From an uncultured delta proteobacterium (GTDB taxonomy: Bacteria > Desulfobacterota > Binatia > UBA9968), in NCBI GenBank assembly GCA_963745035.1, contig CAVUVW010000013.1:768001-832000 (forward strand): a stretch of DNA of 64,000 bases, read 5' to 3'. A model generated the notes under the pieces. That model had not been told where the DNA came from and searched no databases. It was given only the letters and a program-made list of their open reading frames with translations. The position numbers and the translations under genes were made by a program. This document shows, in pieces, positions 46,720 through 61,905 of this stretch (its first letter is position 1; the number at the start of each line of letters is the position of its first letter).

Positions 46720-48492
46720 TCAAGAAGATTTTTTGCAATGCGCGCGCAGGTTGGGGTCGCGGCTGCGGTCGGCGGCTTTGAGCTTTTTGAGCTTGGCCCG
46801 GACCTGCGGATCGCCGCGAAAGCGCGCCGGGTCCGTTGCCAGCCTCGCGAAATCCTCCAGCAGGCTTGCAAAGCTCTTGCTCCAAATCGAGGGATCCGAG
46901 CCTTCGTAGAGGTTGCCGACGCTGAGATCATGTCCCAAGCCGCGGAATTCGAGGAACACGCGGCGGCCGTCTTTGGTGCCGTCGGCGAAAAAATCCTCGG
47001 CCTGGCAGCCTGCGATGATCGCGTCGCGGCTTCCCTTCACGAAAAGCGTTGGCACCTCGTGCCGATGATCCGCGGGATTCCACGGGCAGATCACTTCGCC
47101 GACGGCGACGCCGATCTTTTTCGCCTGCTCCCGCCCAAAGCGCTTGTCATCGCTCGAAGCCGCGGCGAATTTCTCCATAGCTTCGGCGGCAAAGCAGCCT
47201 TTTTCGCCCATCATAACGGTAATCCAGCGAGCCACGCCGTCGTAAACTCCGTAGACGTAGTTGCCGCGCTGCGATTCGCCGCCGCCGATGCGCGCGGCCA
47301 TCTCCTCCCGGGCCGCCTTGAGCCTCTCGCAGTGCTCGCAATCGGCCGCGGCGCCGCTAAAAAGCTCGTCTTTCGCGCTGCACCGTTTCGGATCTTCGGC
47401 GGTCAAGGCATGGGCGACCAGCAGCGCGGCGTTGATCCGGTTGCGGCTATCGGCAACGAATACCAGCCCGTCTTTCTCCGGCGCGCCGGACATCTGAAGA
47501 AAGCGCAGCGCCATGAAGAATTCCACCGGAAACTTGCCGAAACGGTTTTGAAAGCCCGCGTCTTTCTTTAAGGCGGTGAAATGATCGATCACGAAATCGG
47601 CCGAGCCGTAGTTCTCGTCGATCTCGGGGATGATCTGCTCGAGCTTCTTGACGATGGTATCGGCCGTCGCGCTTTGCAGAAAACAGAAGTTGTCGCTCGC
47701 GCCGAGTCGATTATCAAAAATCGTGATTTGCGGATCGCTGAAATCCGTGACCAGCGGCTTCAAGAAATCCGCCGAAGCGCATTGGCAGTTGGCGGCGCCT
47801 TGGGAGCGGTAATATTGAAATATCGCCTTCAGATTATCGAGAGTTGCGCGCGTGCGCGCGAGGTGGGTATCGGCCCGGCGCCGGTCCACCGGCGCGGAAA
47901 GAACCAGGCTCTTCACCTTTGGAGCGGCGTCGTTCGGCGCGCCGTACTTCGCCGCGTAGCGCTGCGCGATCACGGTGCCCCAACTGTGCGCGTAGATCAT
48001 ATCCCAAGGCCGCGACTGGAGCACCGTCTGGCGCAATTTCTCGAGGTCCTCCACGACGTAGCCGGCGCGCAGAAATCGGTCGTATTCCCTGGCGCCGTCG
48101 ATCGCGCTTTGCGCCATGCCGCGCGGATGAAAGTAGACGACGTTGTGCTTCTTTTCCAGCAGCCGCAGCGTCGCCGATCGGCGCGCCGGGTCGACGATCG
48201 CTCCCGGTCCGCCGGGAATATAAAGGACGTTGCGCCGCTGCTTTTTGCTCGGATCGAAGCCGTTGCCGAGGAAGTACGCGAGCCGAAACTCGCAAGCCGC
48301 CGGCTTCTCGTCGCAGGGAAAATCGCCGGGAAAGACCTGGCCCTCCGGCAGCAGCCGCAGCGAAAGCCGCTCTCCTTCCGCGTCGCCCGGCTCGCCCATT
48401 TCTTTTGGCGACCATCCGTCGCTCGCGCTCCAAACGGCCGGCGCCGCCGCAAAAAACAATACGAATAAAAAAATCATCCAAGCGTGCGGCAT
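46720..48492 (-). CDS. Secreted alpha/beta-hydrolase (S33 / proline iminopeptidase-like)
   Basis: Signal peptide, PGGPG, HPRG, AHSWG nucleophile elbow, GSRD and GHD. Confidence 0.8.
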   Translation of the reverse strand: MPHAWMIFLFVLFFAAAPAVWSASDGWSPKEMGEPGDAEGERLSLRLLPEGQVFPGDFPCDEKPAACEFRLAYFLGNGFDPSKKQRRNVLYIPGGPGAIVDPARRSATLRLLEKKHNVVYFHPRGMAQSAIDGAREYDRFLRAGYVVEDLEKLRQTVLQSRPWDMIYAHSWGTVIAQRYAAKYGAPNDAAPKVKSLVLSAPVDRRRADTHLARTRATLDNLKAIFQYYRSQGAANCQCASADFLKPLVTDFSDPQITIFDNRLGASDNFCFLQSATADTIVKKLEQIIPEIDENYGSADFVIDHFTALKKDAGFQNRFGKFPVEFFMALRFLQMSGAPEKDGLVFVADSRNRINAALLVAHALTAEDPKRCSAKDELFSGAAADCEHCERLKAAREEMAARIGGGESQRGNYVYGVYDGVARWITVMMGEKGCFAAEAMEKFAAASSDDKRFGREQAKKIGVAVGEVICPWNPADHRHEVPTLFVKGSRDAIIAGCQAEDFFADGTKDGRRVFLEFRGLGHDLSVGNLYEGSDPSIWSKSFASLLEDFARLATDPARFRGDPQVRAKLKKLKAADRSRDPNLRAHCKKSS

Positions 48493-48508
48493 ATTCTTGC
48501 GCCGAGGC

Positions 48509-53301
<4,793 letters not shown>

Positions 53302-53305
<4 letters not shown>

Positions 53306-56300
53306 AGCTCGATCTCCTCGCGCGCGGCGGGTTGCGCTTGCAAACCGCCCGCGCCGTTGCTCGCTTCCATCCGCAGGCAAATCTCAGCTACCGTCGGGGC
53401 TTCGAGAAACGCGCGCAAATCCAGTTTCACCCCGAAGGTTTCGCGCAGCCGCGCCGCCGCCTTGGCGGCAAGCAGCGAGTGTCCGCCGAGGGCAAAAAAA
53501 TTGTCCGCTCTGCCGACGCGTTCGAGCCGCAGCACTTCGGCGAACACTCGCTCCACCGCGCGCTCCTTGGCGCTTTTCGCCGCCTCGAAGGAGAGCGCGC
53601 TCGGCGGCGGAATGCGCTCGGCTCGCCGCAAAGCGGCGTAGTCGATCTTGCCGCTCGGATTGAGCGGCATGCGCTCGATGAAGTGAATGGCGGAGGGAAT
53701 CATATAGCCGGGCAAACGGGCGTTTAAATAGTCGCGCAGCACGCCGGCGTCCGGCGCGCCGCCCGGTGCGCTTTCTACGTAGGCGATCAGGCGCGTCTCG
53801 CCGCCCCATTGCTCGTCCGCGACTGCGCCGACCGCCGCCGCCGAGCGCACGCCTGGGCATCGACCGAGCGCGCGCTCGACCTCGGCGAGCTCGACGCGAA
53901 AACCGCGGATGCTGGCGCGCCGCTCGTTTCGCCCGAGCCATTCGACCTTGCCGTCGGGCAAATAGCGGCCGAGCTCGCCCGTGCGATAGAGCCGGTCGCG
54001 CCGAGCGCCGGTGAACGGATTGACGATAAAATTGTTTTCGCTGAGCGCGCTGTCGCCGACGTAGCCGGCCGCGAGATGCGGGCTGCGCACGTAGAGCTCG
54101 CCCATTTCACCGATGCCGGCCAAGTGTCGTTCGGCATTCAAGATCAAGAGCTGGACGCCCGGCGCGCCTTTGCCGATCGGAAAGACTTCGCGCGCCGGAG
54201 CGCCGGGTCCGCGGCGCGGATCGTCGATCATCGAAAAGCCCACCGCCCGCTGCGTCTCGGTGGCGCCGTAAAAACTCGCGATCTTCGCGTTGGGCGCCTG
54301 CTCCAGCAACTCAGTCACATCGCCGCGCAGCAAACGATCACCGCCGAAGAACACGCGGCGCAGCGCGGGAAGATGGATGTCACGCGCGGTTTGTAAAAAT
54401 CGCCCGAGCGCCGGCGTGAGATGGAGAATGGAAATTTTATTGCGCGCGAGCCAGCGCGCCAGACGCCGGGCGTCCTGTAAATCTTGCGCCGCCGGCACGT
54501 GCAGCGTGGCGCCCAGCGCGAGCGCGGTAAAGAGATCGCGATGCAGGTGATTGTAACCGAGCCCCGACAAAAGCGCGTAGCGATCGCCGCTGCCGAGGTC
54601 AAAGGTCTCGCGCTGCCAGGGCAAAAAATGAGTGATCGGCCCATGCCGGCCGAGCACGCCTTTCGGCTCACCGGTCGAACCCGACGTGAACGCGATGTAG
54701 GCGGGATCGCCTGCGGCTAACGTCGCCGTCCGCGCGCGTGCACGCGCGGCGCCGAGCAGCCGCGCGATGGCGCGGCGCGCGCGCGGCAAAGTCATCCGCA
54801 ACTTGACCTGCTCCCCGTGCAAATACGCTTCGATCTCCGCCGGCGGCGCCCCGGCGTCTTGCATCTGCAAGAAGCCCGCCGGCCGCGCCAGTCGAAGATA
54901 TTCCACCAACCGGGCCGGCGGATAGGATGGATCGAGAATGACAAAGACTGCGCCGGCTCTGAGCGCGCCGAGCAGCGCCGGCGCCAACGAAGCGTCTCGA
55001 TGCGCGTAGATCGCCACCACGTCTTTCGCCCGGATGCCGGCCGCACGAAACCGATTCGCGAGTTGCGCACCGGCCCGCTCAAGCTCCCGGTACGACCAGC
55101 TTTCGCGCTCGTCGACGACCGCCGGTTTTCGCGGCTGCTCTCTTGCGCGGCGCGCGAGCCACACATGGACCGGTCCGCGCCAGCGGTCATCGAGCGGCGC
55201 GGCGGGATCGGGCAGCACGGCGGCGGCGGATTCTGAAACAAGCGAGAATTGATCGAGTCGCTGCCCGGGATCATCGGCAACCTGTGTGAGCAAATGATCC
55301 CATTGCGCCAGCATCGACTGAGCCCTAGTTTCGGCAAAGAGATCGGCATTGTAAGTCAACGTAAGCTCGATCGCGCCGTCGATCTCGCCGGCGCCCGCCA
55401 CCAGATCGAACTTCGCGCCGAAGACGTCGCGGTTGAGCCTGGTGGTCGCGCAGCCGGACAAGCGCAGCTCGCGGTCGGCGATCGCCGCCATGTTGAAAAG
55501 CACTTGAAAGACCGGATGGCGGCGCGGATCTCGCTCGGGCCCAAGCTCCTCGACGACGAGCTCGAAGGGCGCGTCTTGGTGCGTGTACGCTTCCAGGCAG
55601 ACTTCGCGCACGCGGCGCAGCAGCTCGACGAAGCGCGGATTGCCCGACAAGTCAGTGCGGAGCGCCAGCGCGTTGATGAAGAAGCCGACCAAGCCGTCGA
55701 GCTCGGAACGATCGCGTCCGGCGACCGTCGAACCGACGACAATATCGTTTTCGCCGGACAGGCGCGCCAACAGGAGCTTGAGCGCCGCGAGGAGAATCAT
55801 GAACAGCGTCGCCTGCTCACTGCGCGCCAGCCGTTTCAACTTCTCGCTCAGAGTGCCGGACAACCGCCGGCTCACCCTGCCGCCGTGATCGGTCTGGACC
55901 GCGGAACGCTCGCCGTCCATCGGCAAATCCATCGGCGCGAGCCTGCCGCCCAGTTGCCTCCGCCAGTAGGCGAGCTGCGGCGCCAACCGCCCTTCATGCA
56001 AAGCGCGCTGCTGCCAAAGGGCATAATCCGCATATCGAACCGAAGGGCGCCGGCAGCAGCGGCTCTTGCCCGCGCAAATACCCTTCGTAGAGCGCGGCCA
56101 ATTCGCCGTAGAACACCGCCAACGAGGATCCGTCGCAGATCATGTGGTGGAAATTCATCAGCAAGACGTGATCGTCATCGGCCAGGCGGAGAATCTGGGC
56201 GCGCATGAGCGGGGCGGCGCCGAGATCATAGGGCAGTTCCGCATCTTCGTTCCCCAGGCGCGCGATCTCGCGCTCCGCCTGCGCCGCCGGCATGCCGGTC

Positions 56301-59300
56301 AGATCGATCTTCGTCAGCGCCAACTGCGCCTCGGCAAGAATTTGCTGCATAGGCTCGCCGTCGCTCTCGACGATGGCCGTGCGCAGGGTTTCATGGCGTT
56401 GAACGAGTTGATTAAGCGCCCACTCAAGGGATGCGATGCTCAGCGGCCCGCGCAGCCGATATGCCGCCGGCATGTTGTAGGCGGTGAGCCCGGGGTCGAG
56501 CTTGTGCAGAAACCAGAGGCGCCGCTGCGCGAAGGAAAGCGGCGCGCGATCCGCCGGCGCGGCGCGCGTGATTTTCGGCAGCGCAATCCCGCGCCGGTCG
56601 CCCCGGCGCTTTTCGATTGCCCGCGCCAGAGCGGCAATGGTGCGCGCCTCGAAAAGCGTGCGCAGCGGCAACTCGGCGTCGAGCGCAGCGCGCAAACGCG
56701 CCGCCACGCGGGTGGCGAGCAGCGAGTGGCCGCCCAGATCAAAAAAGTCGTCAAATACGTCAATCCGCTCGATCTTGAGCACCGCGCGCCACGCCTGCGC
56801 GATCAGCTCTTCGAGTTCGCTCCGCGGCGCGACAAAATCCCTTGCTCGAGGATCGATCGGGTCGCCGGCGCGTGCGGCGAGCGCCCGCCGATCCACCTTG
56901 CCGTTGGCCGTGAGCGGCAGCGCTGCGAGCGCGACAAACGTCGGCGGCACCATGAACTCGGGCAGCTTGCCGCTAAGAAAATTCCGCAGCTCGGCGGCGG
57001 AAAGCGTTCCGTCCTTGGCCACGACGTAGGCGGCCAACTGCGCTTCTGAATTTGGATTTTCGATTTTGGATCCTTCGACAGGGCTCAGGATAGGCTTTCG
57101 CTCGCCGAATGCGGATGTCGGATCGGCGGATCGTCTCACGACGACGGCACACTCGCGGACCGCCGGATGGCGTGCGAGGACCGCTTCGATCTCGCCGAGC
57201 TCGATCCGGTAGCCGCGCATTTTGACTTGATCGTCGGCGCGCCCGAGATATTCGATCGTGCCGTCCGGATGGAAGCGAGCGCGATCGCCGGTGCGGTACA
57301 TGCGCGCGCCGCCGCGGCCGGCGAACGGATCGCGGAGAAATTTTTCCGCCGTCAGGCGCGGCTGCCGCAGGTAGCCCCGCGCCACGCCCGCGCCACCGAT
57401 GAAGATTTCTCCCGGCATGCCGATCGGCACCGGCTGCAGCGCGGCGTCGAGCACATACACTCGCGTGTTGGCGATCGGCCGGCCGATGGTTGCCGGCGCA
57501 TCCGCGCGCCGCAAGGCGCAGGTCGAATAGGTGGTTGTTTCCGTCGGTCCGTAAAGATCGTAAACCTTCTCGACGGTTCCGAGCGCATAAATTTGCCGGA
57601 CCAGCTCAGCCTTGAGCGGCTCCCCGGCCAGGTTGATGGTCCGGACCGAGCGCGGCAGGCCGCCGGCGGCCAGCAATGCGCTCATCGCCGACGGCACCGT
57701 GTTGATGAGCGTGATGTCGCTTCGTCCGGCGAGATCCGCGAGAGCGAGCGCGCTTTCGATTAAGATAACTTTGCCGCCGGCGCTCCACGGCGCGAACAAC
57801 TCGAAGATCGACAGGTCGAAGCAAATCGACGTCGAAGCCGCGACGCCGGCCAGCTCCACCGGCGAAAAGAAACTCTTTGTCCAATGCAAAAACGCAGCGG
57901 CGTTGCGATGTTCGATCGCCACGCCTTTGGGCTCGCCGGTCGAACCGGAAGTATAGATTACGTAGGCCAGGTTGCCGGAGCGCGCTTTGTTCGAAAGATT
58001 GTTGGAGCTTTCCTTGGCGATCCGCTTGCGCTCGGCGTCCAGACAGACGATCGCGCCGCGGCGATTGGAAAACTGAGAGCTAACGACTGACGACTCCTCC
58101 GCGCCGAGAAATTTCTCCCGCGTCAGCAGCACGCTCGCCTTCGAGTCTCCGAGCATGAAGGCGATGCGCTCGGGCGGATAGTTGGGATCGAGCGGCAGGT
58201 AGGCGCCGCCGGATTTGAGCACCGCGAGCAGCGCCACCGCCATCTCCAAAGAACGATCCAGGCAGACGGCGGCGATCTTTTCCGGTCCCAGGCCGCGCTT
58301 GCGCAGGAAGCGCGCGAGCCGATTGGCGCGGCGATTGAGCTCGCCATAGGTCAATCGCTTGCCGCCGCACTCCAGTGCCACGGCGCGCGGCGCGCGCGCG
58401 GCCTGCGCTTCGAACAGTTGATGCATGCAGCGGCGTGCCGGACCGCTCGCGCCGGCGCGATTCCATTCAATGAGTACCCGGCGCCGCTCGCCCTTCGCCA
58501 GCAGCGGAATTTTTGCCAGCGGCCGATCGGGCCGCGCCACGGCGCCGCGTAAAAAAACGATGAAATGACGCGCCATGCGCGCGATCGTCGGCCGCTCGAA
58601 AAGATCGGCGGCGTATTCGAAAAATCCGTCCACCCGCGAGCCATGCTCGCTGAGCGCGAGCGTGAGATCGAACTTCGCGGTGGCGCCGCCCGGATCAAGC
58701 GGTGTCACCCGCAGGCCCGGCGCGGCAAATTGTGCCGGCGCATAGTTCCGGTAGGCGAACATCACTTGAAACAGCGGATTGCGGCTCAGGTCGCGCTGGC
58801 GCTCGATCTCGTCGACCAGCCTGTCGAACGGCAAATCGCGATGGGCCAGCGCGCCCCGGCACTGCTCGCGAACCCGTCGGAGCAATGCGCGGAAAGTCGG
58901 ATCGCCCGACAGATCCGTCCGCAGCACCAGCGTATTGACGAACAGTCCGATGGCGCCGCCGGTGTCGCTGTCCCGGTTGGCCGCGGGAAAGCCGACGGAA
59001 ATATCTTCCTGCTCCGAATAGCGCCACAAAAGCGCGTTGAAAGCCGCCATGAAAACCATGAACGGCGTGGTGCCCTCTCTCCGTCCGAGCGCCTTCAGGC
59101 GCTCCACCAACGGCTTCGGGATGGACAACGGCAGGCGCCCGCCGCTAAAGCTTTGCAGCGCGGGCCGCGCACGATCGGTCTGTAGCGCGATGCCCGAGGC
59201 GCTGCCTTGCAGGCGCGCCCGCCAGTACGCGAGCTGTTCCTTCAGATCAGCTTTGCGTGAATCCTGCCGCTGCCGGCGCGCATAGTCGCGATATTGCATC

Positions 59301-59932
59301 GCCGGCGCAGGCAGCGGCGTTGCCTTGCCGAGGAGCGCGGCGCCATAGAGCGCCGCCAACTCACGCAGCAAGAGACTCATCGACCAGCCGTCGCAGATGA
59401 TCTGGTGCAGCACCAGGAGCAGCACGTGGTCGCGCGCGCCGAGCTGGAGCAAATGCGCCCGGATCAGCGGGCCGCGCCGGAGATCGAAGCGTTCTGCGCT
59501 GAGCTCGGCTAGCGCGCGGAGCATCTCGGCGCGCCGCTGCGCGCGCGCCGTGCCGCGCAGATCGATGATTGCCGGCTGCGTCGCGAGCCGCGACGCGACG
59601 CGCTGAACCGGCCGGTCCTCGATGCAGGGAAAAGTTGTGCGAAGAATTTCATGGCGCCGGGTGATTTCATCCAGGGCGCGCTCGAGCGCGGCGCGCTCGA
59701 GCTTGCCTCTCAGGCGCAGCGCCCGGGCGATGTGGTACACCGGATTGCCGGGGTCAAATTGGTCGAGAAACCACAGTCGCTCCTGCGCGAAAGAGAGCGG
59801 CGCATCGCGGGTGGACCTGCGCGCGGCGCGCAGCGGTGCCGCGGGCAGCTCGACGCCTTCATCACAGAGCAGGCGCGCCAGCAGCGCGCGCCGCGCCGGG
59901 TCCGGCGTGATTGCGGCGCTCGTTTCAGCCAT
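53302..59932 (-). CDS. NRPS 2: C-A-PCP-C-A-PCP (one frameshift near 56045)
   Basis: Start MAETSAA; LSFAQERLWF, HQIICDG, YTSGSTG, YGPTE, GGHSL, HHMICDG, FTSGSTG, YGATETQRA, GGHSL; ends REEIEL. Confidence 0.9.
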
Positions 59933-61854
59933 CGCTTGCCGGAGCTGTCGGTTGACGCAGCGCGGCTTGGACTTCGGCATTCGACAAACTTTCCACCCGC
60001 AGGAAAGCCGCGGCGATCTTCTCGGCTTGCCCGGGCTTGGCTTCGCCGGCGGCGATGAGCGCCGCCGTCCGCTCAATCGTCGGCGCCAGGCTCGGCAGCG
60101 GCCGGCGGAGCGGAAAGATCTCGTGGACGTGCGCGATAATTTGCGCGGCTTGCAGCGAATCACCGCCGAGCCCGGCGAAATCTTCGCGCACGCCGGGCGC
60201 TTGGATCTCGAGCGCTGCGGCCCAAAAGCGTACCAGAACTTTCTCGAGCGCGCTCCGCGGCCGAACCGTACGCCGCGATTTCGCGCGTTGTGCTTGTTGC
60301 GCTTCAAGCAGAGCACGCCGATCGATCTTTCCGCCGGCGCCGACCGGCAAACGGTCAAGGACGACGAACTCCGCCGGCACCATGTAGCCGGGCACGCGCG
60401 CGCGCAAATGCGCACGCCAGCGCGCTGGACTCGGCTGGCGATTTTTGCGCGGCGCCACGTACGCAACCAATCTGCCGTTGCCCGATCGGTCCACCCGGCT
60501 TACGACCGCGGCTTGTCCGATGCCGGGAATCGCATGCAGCGCCCGCTCCACCGCGGTCATCTCGATCCGGTGCCCGCGGATTTTGGTTTGAAAATCCTTA
60601 CGACCCACGTGAACCAGGCAGCCGTCGTCCAAAAAGTATCCGAGATCGCCGGTCAAATAGGTGCGCGCGCCGCGCGCCGGGATCGGATAAAAACTTGGCG
60701 CGCGTCAATTTTGGATCGCGCCAGTATCCCGCCGCGAGATGGGCGCTCCGCACCGCGATTTCGCCGGTCGCGCCCCGTTTGACGGGACGGCCGTCATCAT
60801 CGAGGATCGTTACCTCACTGCCCTCGAGCGGATAGCCTGCCGGAACCCGATCGCCACGAATCTCGGTGCGCTTGTCCATGAAATAGTAGGACACCGCCTG
60901 GGTTTCGCTGATGCTGTAGCGCGCGACGAACCGGCAGTGGTCGGGAAAATAGCGGCGGTAGAGCTCGACGTCGGTCTTGAAGATCGGCTCGCCGCCGATA
61001 TGGATCAGGCGCACTGAGGAGAAATTTTTTTTGGCGCTCATGCCCTGCACGGCGTGGCGAAAGATCGTCGCCACGCAGGTAAAAACACTGATCTCTTCGG
61101 CGCCAAGCCATCGCGCCAGCGATGAAAGTCCGGCACCGTCGCGATCGACGGCGATCAGCGCCGCGCCGTTGAGCAGCGCCAGAAACATGTCGCGGGCGGC
61201 GCCGACACTGTGGGCGCGGAGCAAGCTCACCCGGTCGCTCGCCGCGATCTTAAGGGCGTTGGTCTTGGCGCGAATGCCGAACAACTCGCTGCGATGGTTC
61301 CACATCACGCCCTTCGGCGCGCTGGTCGAGCCCGAGGTGAAATTGACGTACGCGAGCGCGTCCGGCGCAACCGGCAAGCGCGGATCGCCGGATGCCACGC
61401 CGACCTTTGCGGCATCGACGTCGATGGTCCGCGCCGATTTCCCGGTCAAGCGGCGCGCCAGGCCGGAATATTTCCGATCGGCCAGCATCACCGACGGTGC
61501 GATGCTGGCGAGAATTTCTTTTATCCGGGCAATCGGCGCTTGCCCGTCGAGCGGCGCAAAAGCTTTCCCGGCTTTGAGCGCTCCCAGGCTGGCGGCGATC
61601 GTCGCCGGCGCGGAGCTGCAAAGGATCACGACCGGCGCCGACGTCGCGGCGTTTTCCAGAATCGCATGGGCGACATGATTGGCCGCGCCGTTCAGCTCCC
61701 GGTACGTCAGCTCGATCTGGTTGTGTTTCACGGCGAGCCGGTCGGGGTGGATGCGCGCCTGCTGTTCGAAGCGCCCGGGGATCGTTTGGTTAGTGTCTTC
61801 GAGGCGAAACTCGGCGAATGAATTTTCAGCGGCGTGCGCCCGGTGATATTTCAT
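59925..61854 (-). CDS. NRPS 1: loading A-PCP didomain (frameshift near 60660)
   Basis: FTSGSTSAPKG, GGEP, YS.SE, TGDLG, GRKD, GKIDR, GGDSL. Confidence 0.85.
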
Positions 61855-61905
61855 TGGCCTCTAACTGCTCCGCTGCGCCGTTCCCGTGAATGCATCGCGC
61901 TCGGT

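Noticed and set aside
47330-47350. Heme c attachment site in the hydrolase (CEHC)
   Set aside because: The motif is CxxCE, not CxxCH.
59933-60466. N-terminal extension of the 1490-aa ORF
   Set aside because: It is an out-of-frame overlap with the NRPS 1 C-terminus; the real start is probably ATG 59932.
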